Shown here in pieces: positions 40,579-55,261 of a DNA stretch of 64,000 nucleotides; the stretch's first letter is position 1; each line of letters starts with the position of its first letter. The stretch is taken from assembly GCF_009914755.1 (NCBI RefSeq), contig NC_060928.1. One strand, 5' to 3'. This stretch comes from the human T2T-CHM13v2.0 reference genome, Homo sapiens. Under the pieces are notes generated by a model. The model had not been told where the DNA came from. It did not search any database and saw only the letters and a program-made list of their open reading frames with translations. Made by a program: the position numbers and the translations under genes.

Positions 40579-43500
40579 CTTTATTCACTTTTGTATCTCA
40601 GTGTCCATGAGCCATCTATCAATTGTTGAATATGTAAGGAAATGAATGAATAGACAGTTGAAGAAGGATATAAACCTATGAATTTGTACATTATACTCTC
40701 TACCCATTTCCACTACAATTACTAATTACTACTACTACTAATTAATCATTATTAATACTAAAAAGCTTTATTATGACCAAAACATCTGTGGAATATGTAA
40801 TAAAGGTGTACGGTTAGAAATTTAGTAATTTATTATAACTAGTCTCACTCAAGTAAGCTTTACAAAATGGGTTTGCATTCATATTTCAAAATTTGAGGGC
40901 TACCATTAGCCATATAATCTTAATAATCATTCTGTACTTTATAGATTCATTCATAATAATCAACACGAGATATATCACATAGTCTAGTTAGTTTTAATGT
41001 TTACTTTCTATTTTTTAACTTTTTCTTCTTAGATTCATTGGCAGTAAAGGTAGAGGGATATAGGGATAAGAATCTGGAGATATGGCAATTTATTTAATAT
41101 TGCCAGATGCTCGTCTTTGAGGGTTTGGACTAAATGGCCTCTAAAATCCCATTCCCTGTTACTCAATATTCTCTGAGCTCAGTGGATCTATGATGTAGTT
41201 GGGATTACAATCTAGTTTTCCTAAAGGTAGACTAGTGGTCTTTTCATTAAAACCATATAGTTTTATTAGTCATGTGACTAGTCACTCTTTTTGTTTATTG
41301 ACTAAACTATTTTTTCCGAGCAGAAGCTCTAATATGTAACAATGGCAACGGAGACTGTCAATATCTAAAACAAAAATAAAATAGCATGGACTAGGACATT
41401 TTATATGGAAATAACATATAAGCTATTAGACCCTATAAGCTATTAGTTAACAATAACCAGTAGTACTTGTTAGTTATCAGTGTAACAATTCAGAGCACTC
41501 TAGTGTGTAAAGTAACCACTTTTAGAAGCAAATTATTTTATTGTTACATTCATTTCATATTTAGATATGAAAGAAAACCAATAAATTTATTTCAGATAGA
41601 AAATCCAAGTATTAGAATATGTGTCCATTAAAAAAATCAAATATGCATTTTGTATTTGCTTTCCAGGGCTGGTTCTTTCTGAGGGAGAGGCACTTGAAGG
41701 CCATAATTGTGTTAGTGAAATAGCTGGAACACCACACAGTATTCCAGGCATCTAATGACCAAGTGGGTTAGCAGATCAATTACTAAAAAATCAACAGGCA
41801 GGGATGAAATTAGCCATGGCACATTCTGTCTGCTACATACTCTCATCTATTAATTGGATTGTTTAGTGACTGAACTGATCCATCATTTAGCAATTGGAGT
41901 TAATTAACATAGCTGGCCAGACTGTACTATGCTATGGTTAATTGAGACATACACATGACCCCAGCCGCCCTGGTTCAGAAAGTAATGGCAAAAATAAGAT
42001 GATCAAGGCACTAATCTGGTAAAATGATTAAACACCAAAATATCCATCTGTTTTGCCATCCATATTCTGAGAAAAATATTACCATTCCTGTTCTTTTCTA
42101 CTATCATTTGTAAAGTTGGCATTATTTATTCCAGCAGTCTGTAAAACATACTTCCCTCCTTTCCTTATGATAACATCTCTATCTCTGGTGGTTGTAGAGA
42201 ATACTGCAAGTATTCTGGTGGTATAACATAGTGGCCAAAAACTGTAGAGTTAAACAAACCTAGAAAAAGTCTCACCATTCACTTGCTGCATTAATGTTTT
42301 TGTTCTCTACAATGGAAGTTACGATATCCACTTCCTTAGGTTGCAGGGATTAGCAGGGATGCTGAAGGTGAAGGTCTCAGCACACAGAGAGTGAGGCAGG
42401 GTTACCTGCTCTTTGGTTAATTTAGCTCTTTGGGTTAAGTGGTGATGAATGAAGGAAACCAGAAATAGAAACAGACAGTCACTTTTCTTTCCATTATCAT
42501 TTGATGGAAAGTTTTAACTCAACTTTTACTAGAATTCATTGTTGCCTGAACTGCAAAATGGTATCTGTACATGTGAGGCACTCCAGGAAATAAGTATGTA
42601 TAGTATTGTTTAGAAGCAATAGAATTTATTTTCCTCATTCATTATCTAATGATCAGGCAGTATTAGTAAAAGGAAAAACAGCCAAAACAATAGCCAACTA
42701 AATAAAACACTGGTCCTAAGAGTCTTGTTACTTGAAATGTAGTTTATTTTAAAACCGATGTACATTGAATTAAATCATGTCCTAATCTTTTGACAGACTC
42801 GTTTATTGTGAAATAGAGAGTGTGAGATACACTGGATGCAGAGAAGGTCAAAACTGAATTGGAAGATTTTATCCAGTTCTGGCTTCTACAAGTGAGGGGG
42901 AGTAAAGACAACCCGTGGAAGGTAAAGTGATAAGACCCAAAGATGCCAAGAGGCTGGAGAGGGAAGCCTGGGAGGAAATACTAATGGGATTGTGATTAGA
43001 AAGCCTGGAGAGGAGTTGGGCCATAAAAATACTATAGCCATGAAAAGAGTTGAGATTCCATGTGCAGCAGGAAGGCAGCCTTTAGGGCCCAGAGGGCCAG
43101 GCCAGACCAAGAGGTGCTGGGATGGAGCCCTGCTTCTTCCTCTGGGGTCTTTAATTCTGCTCCTCTGAGGTGAAGAAGTCCCTTCCCACACATCCGTCTT
43201 TCCCTTCCCTTTCTTTTCTGTTTTCCCTTCCCCCTTTACTCCAGCATGTCTTGGTGGAAATATTGTAAGATTTGCAGCCAGAAGTTCTGAATGTGAGGTT
43301 TCAGCAGGTCATTGCTAGATGTATGAACTTAAGCCAGTTCTCTTGAGTTTCATTTTTAGAAAAAAATGAATACATGTTTTCTAATTTGTACAAGGAGGAT
43401 AATAATACCTGGCTTATAGGGTTTCTGAGAGGGTAAAATAAAATAACAGATAAAACAACTTCTTTGTAACATGTAGAGTAAATATGGATGTGAGTTTTAA

Positions 43501-43584
43501 TGTAATCAATGGATTTCCTCAGTCTTTACCTCTTTCCTCTCTCCCTTGGAATTCCAAGTAGCAGATGCTGGAAAATATAGATAG

Positions 43585-43906
<322 letters not shown>

Positions 43907-44653
43907 TAAGGTAGCTTCTTATCTCTAAGAAAAAGGCTTCATGGTTGGGGACTGGATCGTAGGCTCTGCTAGGCTTCATGCCAGTCTTAAGATTTCGTGA
44001 CAAATAAGCCTTCACATATTTCCACTGTGGGGTTGTTTATTGCTTTTTTTCACAGTCCAGAGCAGCCATTATCCTCTTCTAACTCTATACTGTGAGACTC
44101 TGGAAATTTTTAAAAGTATAAACTAAGGACGGGAACAATTTCAGAGGCGTGATTATACCGATGACGCTTGGGCAGTGAGCCCATTCCGGGTTTACCACCA
44201 CCAAACCTTGTTCCACCTATGCAGCAGCCAATGTGGATTTAATCCTGCAGAGTTTGTGCCTTGGGGAAGAGGAGATCAAAGAAAGCCCACACCCAGGTCT
44301 CCCGCCATGAGGGCCATGGCCACGGTTTCCATGGTGAGCCCGAAGGAGACCCGCCCTCTGCTTCCTTGCTGTTTCAGTTGCATCACCTGAAAGACACAGG
44401 GCCAAGTCCTAGCCACACTCTCACTACTCATGCTTTTCTAAAATCACAATAAACGCAGACTTAGCTCTGACCACATAGCACGCTCCAACATTTCCTGGCC
44501 TGCCATGGACCACATTCCTTCACAGCGGGACTTATGATCTAATAAGAGACCACTGCAGATTTCTGCAGTTTCCTCGTGGTCAAAGCCAGAGTTTCACAGG
44601 AACCTAAAGAATCACATTGACTTTGTCCTTGATCTATTTCTGTCTGAAAGGAC

Positions 44654-45096
44654 TGTATTCATTTCCTAGGGCTGTCATAACAAAGCACCACAAACTGGAT
44701 GGCAATAAATGTATTGTCTCCTAGTTCTGGAAGTGAGAATTCCAAGATCAAGGTGTTGGTGGAGTTGTTTCTTCTGAGGCTTGTGGCCTGTGAGGGAGAA
44801 ATCAGTCTGTTCTATTCACCTTTCTAAGCTTTGGGGGATTGCTAGAATCTCTGGCATCTGGCTCCTGTTCCATCATCTTGGTCTGTATCTCCAGTTCACA
44901 TGGCATCCTCCCTGTGCATGTGTCTGTGTCCAAATTTTTGCTTGTTATAAGGACACCAGTTTTATTGGATTAGGGGCCCACTCTATTCACTTATTACCTC
45001 TGCAACAACTCTATTTTCAAATAAGGTCACATTCTCAATTATGGATGGTTAGGATTTCAACAGTTAAACTTTAGGAACATAATTCAATCCATAACA
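44654..45096 (-). mobile_element. Solo MLT1 LTR (MLT1C-like)
   Basis: TGTATTCATTTCCTAGGGCTG..CAAGATCAAGGTG..TATAAGGACACCAG..AATTCAATCCATAACA. Confidence 0.85.
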
Positions 45097-47384
45097 GGGA
45101 TAAAGTTCTTAAAATACCTTGGTTTAAATTGAGTGTTCAATACAAGCATGGTTGTGGGCATTCTTGACATTGCTTAAAGATGTAAATTAGGAATGGTCCC
45201 TGTCTACTACGAATTTACCTCAGATAAGACAGAGGATTTAGAGTTCCTTCTGCCTACCTATTTATTTTTATAGCAGCCATGGAGGCTTCATGGGAGAAAT
45301 ATAATTCAATAGGACTCAAGAGAATAGTTTGGAAAGGCAGAGGTGAGGAGAGGGAGAATGAGCATACAGTATGTGAGAATAAGTTTGGAGGTAGGGATAT
45401 GGAAGAGGTCTTTAGAATCTGAAGAGCTGGGCTTTTTGGAGAACAGTGGAAGCAAATATAGAAAAGTAGATCAGGGTCCTCGGATGGAGGATTCCCATCA
45501 CGGCTTGACTGAGTTCAGATCCTTGAGATATATGTCAGGGGATCAGAAGCTTTGCTGGCCTCCAGTGATCTACATATACCTCAAGTCCCCTTATTTTCTT
45601 GCCTGTACCTCATTCTCATTTTGATGGTTTCCACCCCCTAGATTCCCTTTTTCTTAAAAAGGCAAACATTTAAGCAATCTGAGGATTGGGACGGGGTTTT
45701 ACAGATTTGTCTCTGCACTTCTGTGCCTTACTATGCAGCATAATTTGAAAAAAATATTACTAACAAATTCATATGTATAATATAGAATTATGGATTTGAC
45801 CAGGATCAGATAAAATTACGGAAAGGACTGTCTCAGAACCTGAGGTATAATATTGTATTTTATCTTTACAGATTTCTAAGAAAGAGATATTGGTATTCCT
45901 AATTTACAGATAAAAAATTTGAAGTTCAGGTAAAGTAATATACCTAAGATTACAGCTAATAAGTGTAAGAGTTGAAATCTGAACCTAGATCTGCTTGACA
46001 ATAAAGTCTATGCTTTTTTATTCCCTAATATTATTATCCTGGAGAACAGAAAATATGGAAATCTAATAGTACCAACACAAAGTAAAAGCCTGTGGTCAAA
46101 TCCTAGGTCGGAAATGATAAAAGGTAGCAAAAATAGAAAGTTTGGGATCTGGGAAACCCTGAATCCAGGCCATTCAATATAGATTGGACTTTCCTTAAAG
46201 ACCATGACCCAATTACATCTTTATTTAAACTTGGCCTTCCATGATCACTGTTGACCCAAGGGAAGAACTTTCCTACTCGGAAATGCACATTGAGTGAGAG
46301 TGACGTCTCCATTGTCTCCAACAATCGCATGATATGGAGTGGTCCTCATGTGCTTTCATCCTTGTTTGTCTGTTGCTGCTCCCTACCTTCTTGTCCCATT
46401 CATATGAATCCCTTAAGAGATACTGCATTTTCTTTTAGTTATGTGCACATTATTTTTGATGTGCATATATAGTCCACATGTTATATAGCACAAAGTGATT
46501 TAGCAGAAATGCAGGTCAACTGCTGCCTCTAGCATGATACTCAATGATGGTAGCAGGAAGTGGGTCCTGAATTATGCAATGAGCTTTGAACAAAAGTTGC
46601 TTTTTCCTTCTAAAGGATGTTCAAAATGTCTTTTCATTTTCAAAATTTGCCAAACATTGACTTAACAAGGAGAATGCAGCCACTATAGAAACTGAACAAG
46701 GAAAAGTCAGGTATGAGAAAGCCACCATATCACATGCTATTTACATTAAATAGAAGACAGGTAACTAGCATTTTACAAAGCACACTAGAAAAGCCTACAG
46801 AACTCAGCAGATCCATTCTCACTATTCGTAGACCCTACATGGAGCAAACATGTAACCAAGAAACAGATGCTCAGAGAAAACATCGAGTTATAAAGAAAAG
46901 AGAATATACACATGCAATTCTAAAATAAAGGAAGGAAAAATGGAGAAATTGCTTTTAAAGAGCTGTAACTGTTGTACAGTTTCATTCAGACAGGCTCCAA
47001 AGCTGATAGGCAGAGCACTTTGCTGAACCTGTGAAGTCTGAACTGGGAATCTGGCCACGACAGGGAAATTGAGTCGTGGATATACTTAGTTTGGGTTTAG
47101 TGAAATTTATTTCTGTAATTCACTATCATTTCAATGAGTATTTATGTTATTGCTGTCTATCCTGGTGTAGGGAAAGCCTGTATTCAGAAATACAGTGACC
47201 TGCTCTGTGCTGACCCACGCAGCACTGTGACACAGAGGCACAGGTGTATCAGGATATAAATATGTTCTCTAGTGGTGAAAACGTGGAGCCTGTAGTGGAG
47301 AAGAAATAAAGTGTTAAATGTAACAAAGTCGGGAGAGCAAGCTGAGGAAAATGTTTTCATATTTCATAGTTTATATAAGAAGTA

Positions 47385-48249
<865 letters not shown>

Positions 48250-48259
48250 GGCAGGGAGA

Positions 48260-48730
48260 GTCAAAATAGAATGTTTGCCAAATTTGATAACAACACAAAA
48301 ACACATATGACAGTACTAATAATAACTTGTGAAGCTGAAAGAAACTTTCTTAAGTATCATTAATTAAAACAAACAAATCTTGGTCTATCATGCCAAAGGT
48401 AATGCTGAATTATTTTTCTATTCTCTCAATAAAAATTACATTATAAAATTGTTGTCCTAAGGAGTGGTGATTTAAAAGGAAGATGCCAAAATATATAGTT
48501 AAAAAAAGATTTATAGAACTGTGTCAATTAATAAAAACATTGTTATTTTTCTGGATTTTGTGATGCTCATCTTATTTTTTAACCTTTAGAAACATTTTTA
48601 TATTAGCTTTTCCATTTCTGAATAAGTAATCATTTTGCACCTAATTTTAGGTTCATGATTTTGTATTCTTTTTCTTAAAGAAAGTCTCCCTAGGATAAGT
48701 TTCAAGCCCTGTGAAACATGGATTTTTTTC
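48260..48730 (+). mobile_element. Zaphod-like hAT-Tip100 transposon 3' remnant
   Basis: Fossil hAT dimerisation motif: ACTTGTGAAGCTGAAAGAAACTTT = TCEAERNF, later LNYFSILSI; frameshifted. Confidence 0.7.
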
Positions 48731-49698
48731 CTGAATTTGAGCAATAAATATAATAGCTGCTAATGTTAAAGATATCCAAAAAATAGGCTTTTAAATGTAG
48801 TCCTTGTAAATATTAATACCATCAGAAGCAACATCAGGGAAAGGATCCTCTGAATTGCCAATCCAGCCTCACTTTTTCAGAAGTCTATCTCAGATTTTAA
48901 GAATATATAAATTTGGGTGTAAGTGCTTTTCAGGCATCTATTAGTCCTGATGCCGTTTCTCTCAACCTGGAAATGGAAATATGGACAAACATACAACAAT
49001 GCTGAAAAGTAGAAGTAAAAAAGGTCATTCTATTGCCATAATTTATGAAGAATTGCCATGAATTATGAGGCCATTAAAGTTTCCACTCTGGGTAGTAGTC
49101 TATACATGGTTTTCTTTCTCTAATAGAGCTCATTTGGGGGTCTCAAAGAAGACTGAATTATTTCAGCCCTACTCATGTTGAGCCTTTCACTGCAAGTTCC
49201 TGTGTCTGTTCCAAACATTAAAATGGGCAGCACAGTTGTCTTTGTAGCAGTTTGCTAAGGCACCATTCCCCATTTCCTCTCACCATCAGCAGCTCTTTCT
49301 ATACAGATTTTAGAATGAAAAAGCAAAGTGAAGATAGAGCACAAAATAGGCAGTTGTAAAAAGAGAATGGGAGTGACCTATTATGTCATGAAGGAAAAAA
49401 GCTGTAAATGGAGGAAGATCTGGAAAAGCCCTGATAGGAAGACAAATTGCAAATTAGATTATCACACATTTCAATTACTCCAAAAGAGGCAGGATTAGCG
49501 AATCAAAGACCTGCATATCCATACTGCGTAATGGCTTAGAAGACGCAGGAATGGAGCTAGAAGTTATATACATAATCTTGCCCTTCAGATGAGTATGTGA
49601 GACTGGGAATCTGCTCATCAAAAAATGGATAGTACATGGAGCTGGGGAAATTTAGAGAGTAAATGAGTCATTAAGAAAAAAACATCAAAACGAAATTA

Positions 49699-49828
49699 GA
49701 CAGGCACAGTGGTGTGTACCTGTAAGTCCTAGCTACTCAGGAGGCTGAAGTGGGAGAATTGTTCGAGCCCAGGAGTTTGAAAATAGCCTGGGCAACATAG
49801 AAAGACTCTGTCTCTAAACATTAAAAAG
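49699..49828 (+). mobile_element. FLAM_A monomer
   Basis: Single monomer: GGCACAGTGGTGTGTACCTGTA..GAGCCCAGGAGTTTGA..CCTGGGCAACATAG; TSD-like AAAA(C/A)GAAATTA. Confidence 0.85.
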
Positions 49829-49834
49829 AAATTA

Positions 49835-50440
49835 AGAGTGGAATACCCTCTTGAAGATTTGTTAGAAGAATAGAACCCAGAAAGTGAATTACTGCAGAGA
49901 ACAGAAGAAAAATTTAATAAAACAGCCAGTCTTCATAATTTACAAGAAGATAAAATTTTTATGAAACAAGAGCAAAAACTACCCAGAAAAGTAGTACTAT
50001 GAAGATAAACATTGGAGGTGGGATTAATTTTTTTTAAAGAACACCAATAACTAATAATGTAATGACAGAATTAAAATATGCCAGAAAAGAGAAGAATTAA
50101 CATTATGGTAAACTAAATGAGTAATGTCAAGGGTAAATGTGATAAGTGTTCCCAGAGTGCAGAGACATAGGACAAAAACATGACAGCAAAGAGAGAGAAT
50201 AGTTAGTGAAGACCGAGAACAAGTATCTAACATAAAAACTACATGTGAACCTAGAGGAAAATGCCAAACAATTGGAACAGATGCAGTAAACAAAGACAAA
50301 TTGAAAAATAGTGTCTGGACTGAAAAAAAAAAAAAAAAAAAAAAGACCTGAGCATGTGGATTGATAAAGTTCAGCATGTTCTAGATAAAATTATGAAAAG
50401 AGCTTATGCCAAGCTATCTCTTGGCTAATCTTTTGAATAA
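49835..50440 (+). mobile_element. Ancient L1M/HAL1 ORF1 remnant
   Basis: A-rich sense L1 ORF1-like sequence, highly diverged. Confidence 0.45.
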
Positions 50441-50449
50441 TCAGTGACA

Positions 50450-50930
50450 TCAGTCAGTATCTCTACACGAAATACATGAAGACTCAAATGAGGATAAGCT
50501 GAGGAGAGTTTGTTTACAGAGAGATTTATTGCAAAGGGGTGAATGGGATGTTAAGAGAACCGTAAGAGATAAGGCAAAAACCCAGGGCTGGCAGCAGCAG
50601 GCTGCCACCCACTGTAGATCTAAGGGGAAGACAGGTTATCCCATCCAACATGTAACAATGGTACATAGAGCAGGCCACCTTGAGATGATCAGTGACTTTC
50701 TGTCAAGGAACATACCAACTTTAGGCAACCTCACAGAGGAAAAAAATTACTAATTTTGCAGTAAAAAATTACTCTCCTTTCTCTTCCAAGATTTGGCCCC
50801 ATAGTTCAAATCTAACAGAAAGCCACAGGGCATGGGGTCTCAATGGTACAAGTCACTCAGGCCAGCCCCTCAGGGCAGAAAACAGGATAGAGAAGGGACA
50901 CAGAGGGACAGATGGAAGATACTTGGCACA
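50450..50930. mobile_element. LTR33-like ERVL LTR
   Basis: ACTCAAAT..GAGGAGAGTTT..CCCAGGGCTGGCAGCAGC..GAGGGACAGATGGAAGATACTTGGCACA. Confidence 0.65.
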
Positions 50931-51063
50931 GCATTGCAAACAAAACACATAATAAACCCAACGTTCAAACATTTGACAATAGAGGGAATAAAATAAAGGA
51001 AGAAGAAAGAAATAATCAGACTTAAGAAGTACATTAACATAAATGATTATCAATATAATTTTT

Positions 51064-51214
51064 GTCTTTTTTTTTTTTTTTTTTTCCTTTTTCTGGAGAA
51101 CGGGGTCTTGCTATATTGCCCAGGCAGGTCTCGAACTCCTGGGCTCAAGCTATCCTCCTGCCTCTTAGCCTCCCTGAGAGCTGGGATTACAGGTGTGAGC
51201 CACCGCACCCGGCC
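51064..51214 (-). pseudogene. BC200 (BCYRN1) RNA retropseudogene
   Basis: Minus strand reads GGCCGGGTGCGGTGGCTCACACCTGTAATCCCAGCTCTCAGGGAGGCTAAGAGGCAGGAGGATAGCTTGAGCCCAGGAGTTCGAGACCTGCCTGGGCAATATAGCAAGACCCCGTTCTCCAGAAAAAGG-A(n)-GAC, matching BC200-specific positions; 16-bp TSD TATCAATATAATTTTT. Confidence 0.93.
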
Positions 51215-51534
51215 ATATCAATATAATTTTTAAAAATGCATGAGCCTTAATAGAAAATATGTATAAATGTCGAATGATTTGAATTATAATAGTCCTCGTT
51301 TCAAGCTAAAGATGAGAGCAGGATAGGTGGGTAAAATAATATCTGGTCTCACAAGGCATAAAAGAAAGATAAAAGACATTATTTCATTTCATCCCAATAG
51401 TTAGAAAAAGTTATATTTGTGTGTTTGAGACACATAAAGAGTAATACAGATACAAAGTATATTTTTCAAATGACAGGACAAAAATAAAATTGCATATAGC
51501 AAAAGGTAGAGATTTTTAAAAAGGTAAAATAAGA

Positions 51535-51836
<302 letters not shown>

Positions 51837-51994
51837 CTAAAAATATTGTTAACACCAAATTACTGTATATTTTCTAATCTGCATAGTAAAAGCTGAAAAC
51901 ACTCAGAATATGTTAAAAATATTAATAGTATGCTACTTTGACAAATTAAAATACAAAGTAAATATAAATTATATTATTTACTGTGATTTATAAT

Positions 51995-53482
51995 AATGGT
52001 TCTCAAACGTTTTAATCTCAGGATCTCTTTTTACCTCTTAAAAATTATTGAGGATGCCAAAGAGCTTTTATTTATGTGGATTATATCTATGGATATGAAT
52101 TGTGTTACACATTAAAACTAAATTTTTCTTTTGGTCAGGTTGATATATCTGAATACAGTAAAATTCACCCTTTATGTATAAAATTATGTGAATTTTGGCA
52201 AATCTATACAGTTGTGTAAATGTCACCACAATGAAAATACAGAATGTTTCTATGTTCCTTTGAGATCAATTGTCTCTCTCCACTTTTAGCCCTGTTTTGT
52301 GGCTATGTGGTTTTGTATTTTCCAAATATTATATAAATAAAATCATACTCTATGTAGCCTATGAAATCTGACTTATTTCACTTAGCATAATGCTTTTGAG
52401 ATTCATCTATGTTGTTACAAGCTCTTTGGTTCAGTAGTTCGGTTCCTTCTATTGTGGAGCAATACTCAGTTATAGCTGCACCATGATTTTTTTATCCATT
52501 CACTGGTCAGTGGATATCTGGAGTTTTCCAGTTTTTGGTTATTACAAATAAACCTACTATGAGCATTTGTATCCAGGGTTTTGTGGGACATACATTTTCA
52601 TTTCTGTGGGTAAAGAACCAGGGGTGGGATTGTTGTGTCTTATGGTAAGTGTATGCTTAACTTTATAAGAAATTTTATAAGAAGCAATTCCAAAGTGATT
52701 GAACAATTTTGCAGCTTCACCAGCAATGTATGAGAATTCCACTTACTTAGCATTAGCATTCTCATAGCACTTAATATCGTCAGTTTAAAAAATATTTTAG
52801 CTATTCTAATAGATGTGTAGTATTATCTTATTGTGGTTTTAATTTGTATTTTCCTAAAGACTAATGATGTTGAGCATATTTTTATGTGCTTATTTTCTGT
52901 GAGTATCTCTTCTTTGGTGATATATTATGTCTATTCAAATCTTTTGCCCATTGGTTGTTTGTTTTCTTACTATTAAATCTCGATAGTTCTTTATATCTCC
53001 TGGATACCAGTCTTTTATTAGATATAGGTTTTGTAAATATTTTCTACTCTGTGGCTTGTTGTTTCTTTCTCTTTTTTCTTTTAACGGTATATTTCAGAGA
53101 CATTTTAAAATTTTGATGAAGTCCATGTTATCAATTTTTAATTTTATGGTTCATGCTTTTGTATTCTACTTAAGAAATCTTTGCCTAACCCAAGGTCACA
53201 AGGACTTTCTCCTATGTTTTCTTCTAGAAGTTTTATAAAATCTGAGAAATTTTTAAAACAGAAAAAAAAATACTCAAGCACACATTCTGTAAGCCATCAG
53301 AGTGTTGTTGTCATCACATGTCATGAAGATTGGAAAGTCCTTCTGTACACTCCTGAGAAAATGAGAGTAAATAAGGCAAATAATATCTCAGAATTATTCT
53401 GACAATATTGACCTCATGAGCTTTCAAAAAGGGTTTCAGAGACTCTGAGGAGTCCCTAGACTACATCTGAGAATCATAGATC
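51995..53482 (+). mobile_element. MER119-like hAT-Charlie element split by L1 (pieces ~51995-52125 and ~53237-53482)
   Basis: TGGTTCTCAAAC..CTCTTAAAAATTATTGAGGA..AAAGAGCTTTT and CAAGCACACATTC..CATCACATGTCATG..GAGAAAATGAGAGT..TGAGAATCA. Confidence 0.7.
52125..53236 (-). mobile_element. L1MB 3' fragment
   Basis: TTTCACTTAGCATAATG..CACCAGCAATGTATGAGA..CTAATGATGTTGAGCAT..TCTCCTATGTTTTCTTCTAGAAGTTTTAT. Confidence 0.88.
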
Positions 53483-53484
53483 TA

Positions 53485-55260
53485 AAATGTAAAGATAATC
53501 ACACAGAAATTATGAGTGGTAGCATTATATTTCAAATGAAGTAAAATTAAGAGCAATACATTAAAGATGACAAAAGTACTTTCATATTAATAAACTTTCC
53601 TTTACCCAATGAAATTATAATAGCTATAAGTTTTATATACCAAATAGCACAGTTTCTTAATATATTTGGGAAGTCTAGAAATACATGGGTAAAGTAAAGT
53701 CATTGCAATTGTATTTGAAGATCTTATTCTACCTCTTTATTTCTTTAGGAGATAAAAAGGTCAATAATATAGACATAAAATTTTCAGTCTTTTAAAGAGA
53801 AGGTATTATTTGGACTATGTGAAGTTTTATGTCCTGTACACAAAATTACAACTTTTTAAAAAAGCATTTATTGAACATTTAGAAACATTGCTATGTTAGA
53901 TTTCAGTGTAGAAATTGGTACATGTTCATTCATTCATTCTTTGAATAAATGCAATAAAATTAGAAATTAGCCATATAAATGGGATGAATAAACAAAACAA
54001 AAATTACAGGACATTCTTCTAAATAATTCTTAAATCATAAAATAATCAAATACTATATGGATAAACAATATAGACTATAACAAATAAGAGAATATTGTAT
54101 GCCAAAATTTATAAAATGCTGCCAAAATCTTACTCAAAGGCAAACCCAGAGCCTTAACTTTTATATTAATTAACTAGTAAAGATGACAAAGAAATAAACT
54201 GTGCAGCATTCAAAAAAGAAAAGAATAACAATAGATAAGCTTAAGTAGTGATAATTGAATAATAATAACAGTAAAGTCATAGAAAGGAAATATAACTCTG
54301 AAAAATCTAATGAAGAAAAAGGGAGAAAATGCAAAAAAAATTGTAAATAAAAGTGAAATATCAAGAAATGACAAAGATATTTTTAAAAAATATTAAGTAT
54401 ATAACATTTTCCTATTAATTTGACAATCTTAATGAGGTAGGTACTTTTTTTGAAAAAAGAACTTCCAAAAGTACATATGAAGAATGGAAAATCAAAAAAT
54501 ATTAATAACCATAAAAGAAATTTAAAAACAAATAAAACCATTATCACCAAAAATTACTGAGACTAGTAGATTTCATAGGAGCATTCTTTCAAACTTTCAG
54601 AAAAAAAAATTATATGCTGTACTTTTAAGTCACCTTAGAGAACCAGAAAATACAAATTAATTTTGTGAAGCTAGCATAAAACATGTGCCAAACACAAAAC
54701 AAAAAGAAAACTATATGTTTCTTTTCAAATTGTTAAATGGAACATGTGACTGTCCTGTGAGAGGTTAATAGTTATTCTATACAGATAGCATTCTGTATAT
54801 TTAGCAAAATATATTTGATAAATCAGTGGTGAAATAAATCTTAATAGAGTTCATTAATACAGGATATCCTAGAATCTAGAAAATGCTAATATACATTATA
54901 AATCTCTATAATTTATGTGACCATGAGAACCTCTCCCATTATTTTTTTCTTTGCCCTGCTCTATATACCTATTAACCATGCACAATCTTTGTCTTTCAAG
55001 TGTTCCAGGCATTGGTATGTTCTAGTGTTCTCAGCTACTAGAGAGACTGTCAGAGACCAATACCCCTAACATAGATGTTGAGATCCTAAATGAAGGAGAT
55101 CAAACTGACACCGGCAGGGTGTTCACAGAATCATTCATCATCATCTTGTAGATTTTATCCTAAGAATGCAAGGTTGATTTACTATTGTGAAACATTAATA
55201 GAAATATTTTAGCAGGTTAGATTTAAAATATTATAATTTAAACTGATGGCAAAATGAGCT
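53485..55260 (+). mobile_element. Ancient L1ME-type ORF2 remnant
   Basis: A-rich L1 ORF2-like stretches (TGCTGCCAAAATCTTACTCAAAGG, AGAATGCAAGGTTGATTT); heavily decayed. Confidence 0.55.
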
Positions 55261-55261
55261 C

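Noticed and set aside
41417-41446. TATAAGCTATTAG direct repeat (also 3887-3935, 17937-17965, 25651-25682)
   Set aside because: Ordinary small slippage duplications
44150-44460. GC-richer patch with CCATGG palindromes as a promoter or CpG island
   Set aside because: Too short and too CpG-poor for an island; no supporting structure
51064-51214. The functional BCYRN1 gene itself
   Set aside because: It lacks the unique 3' C-rich domain and terminator, shows CpG decay and is flanked by a TSD, so it is a retrocopy
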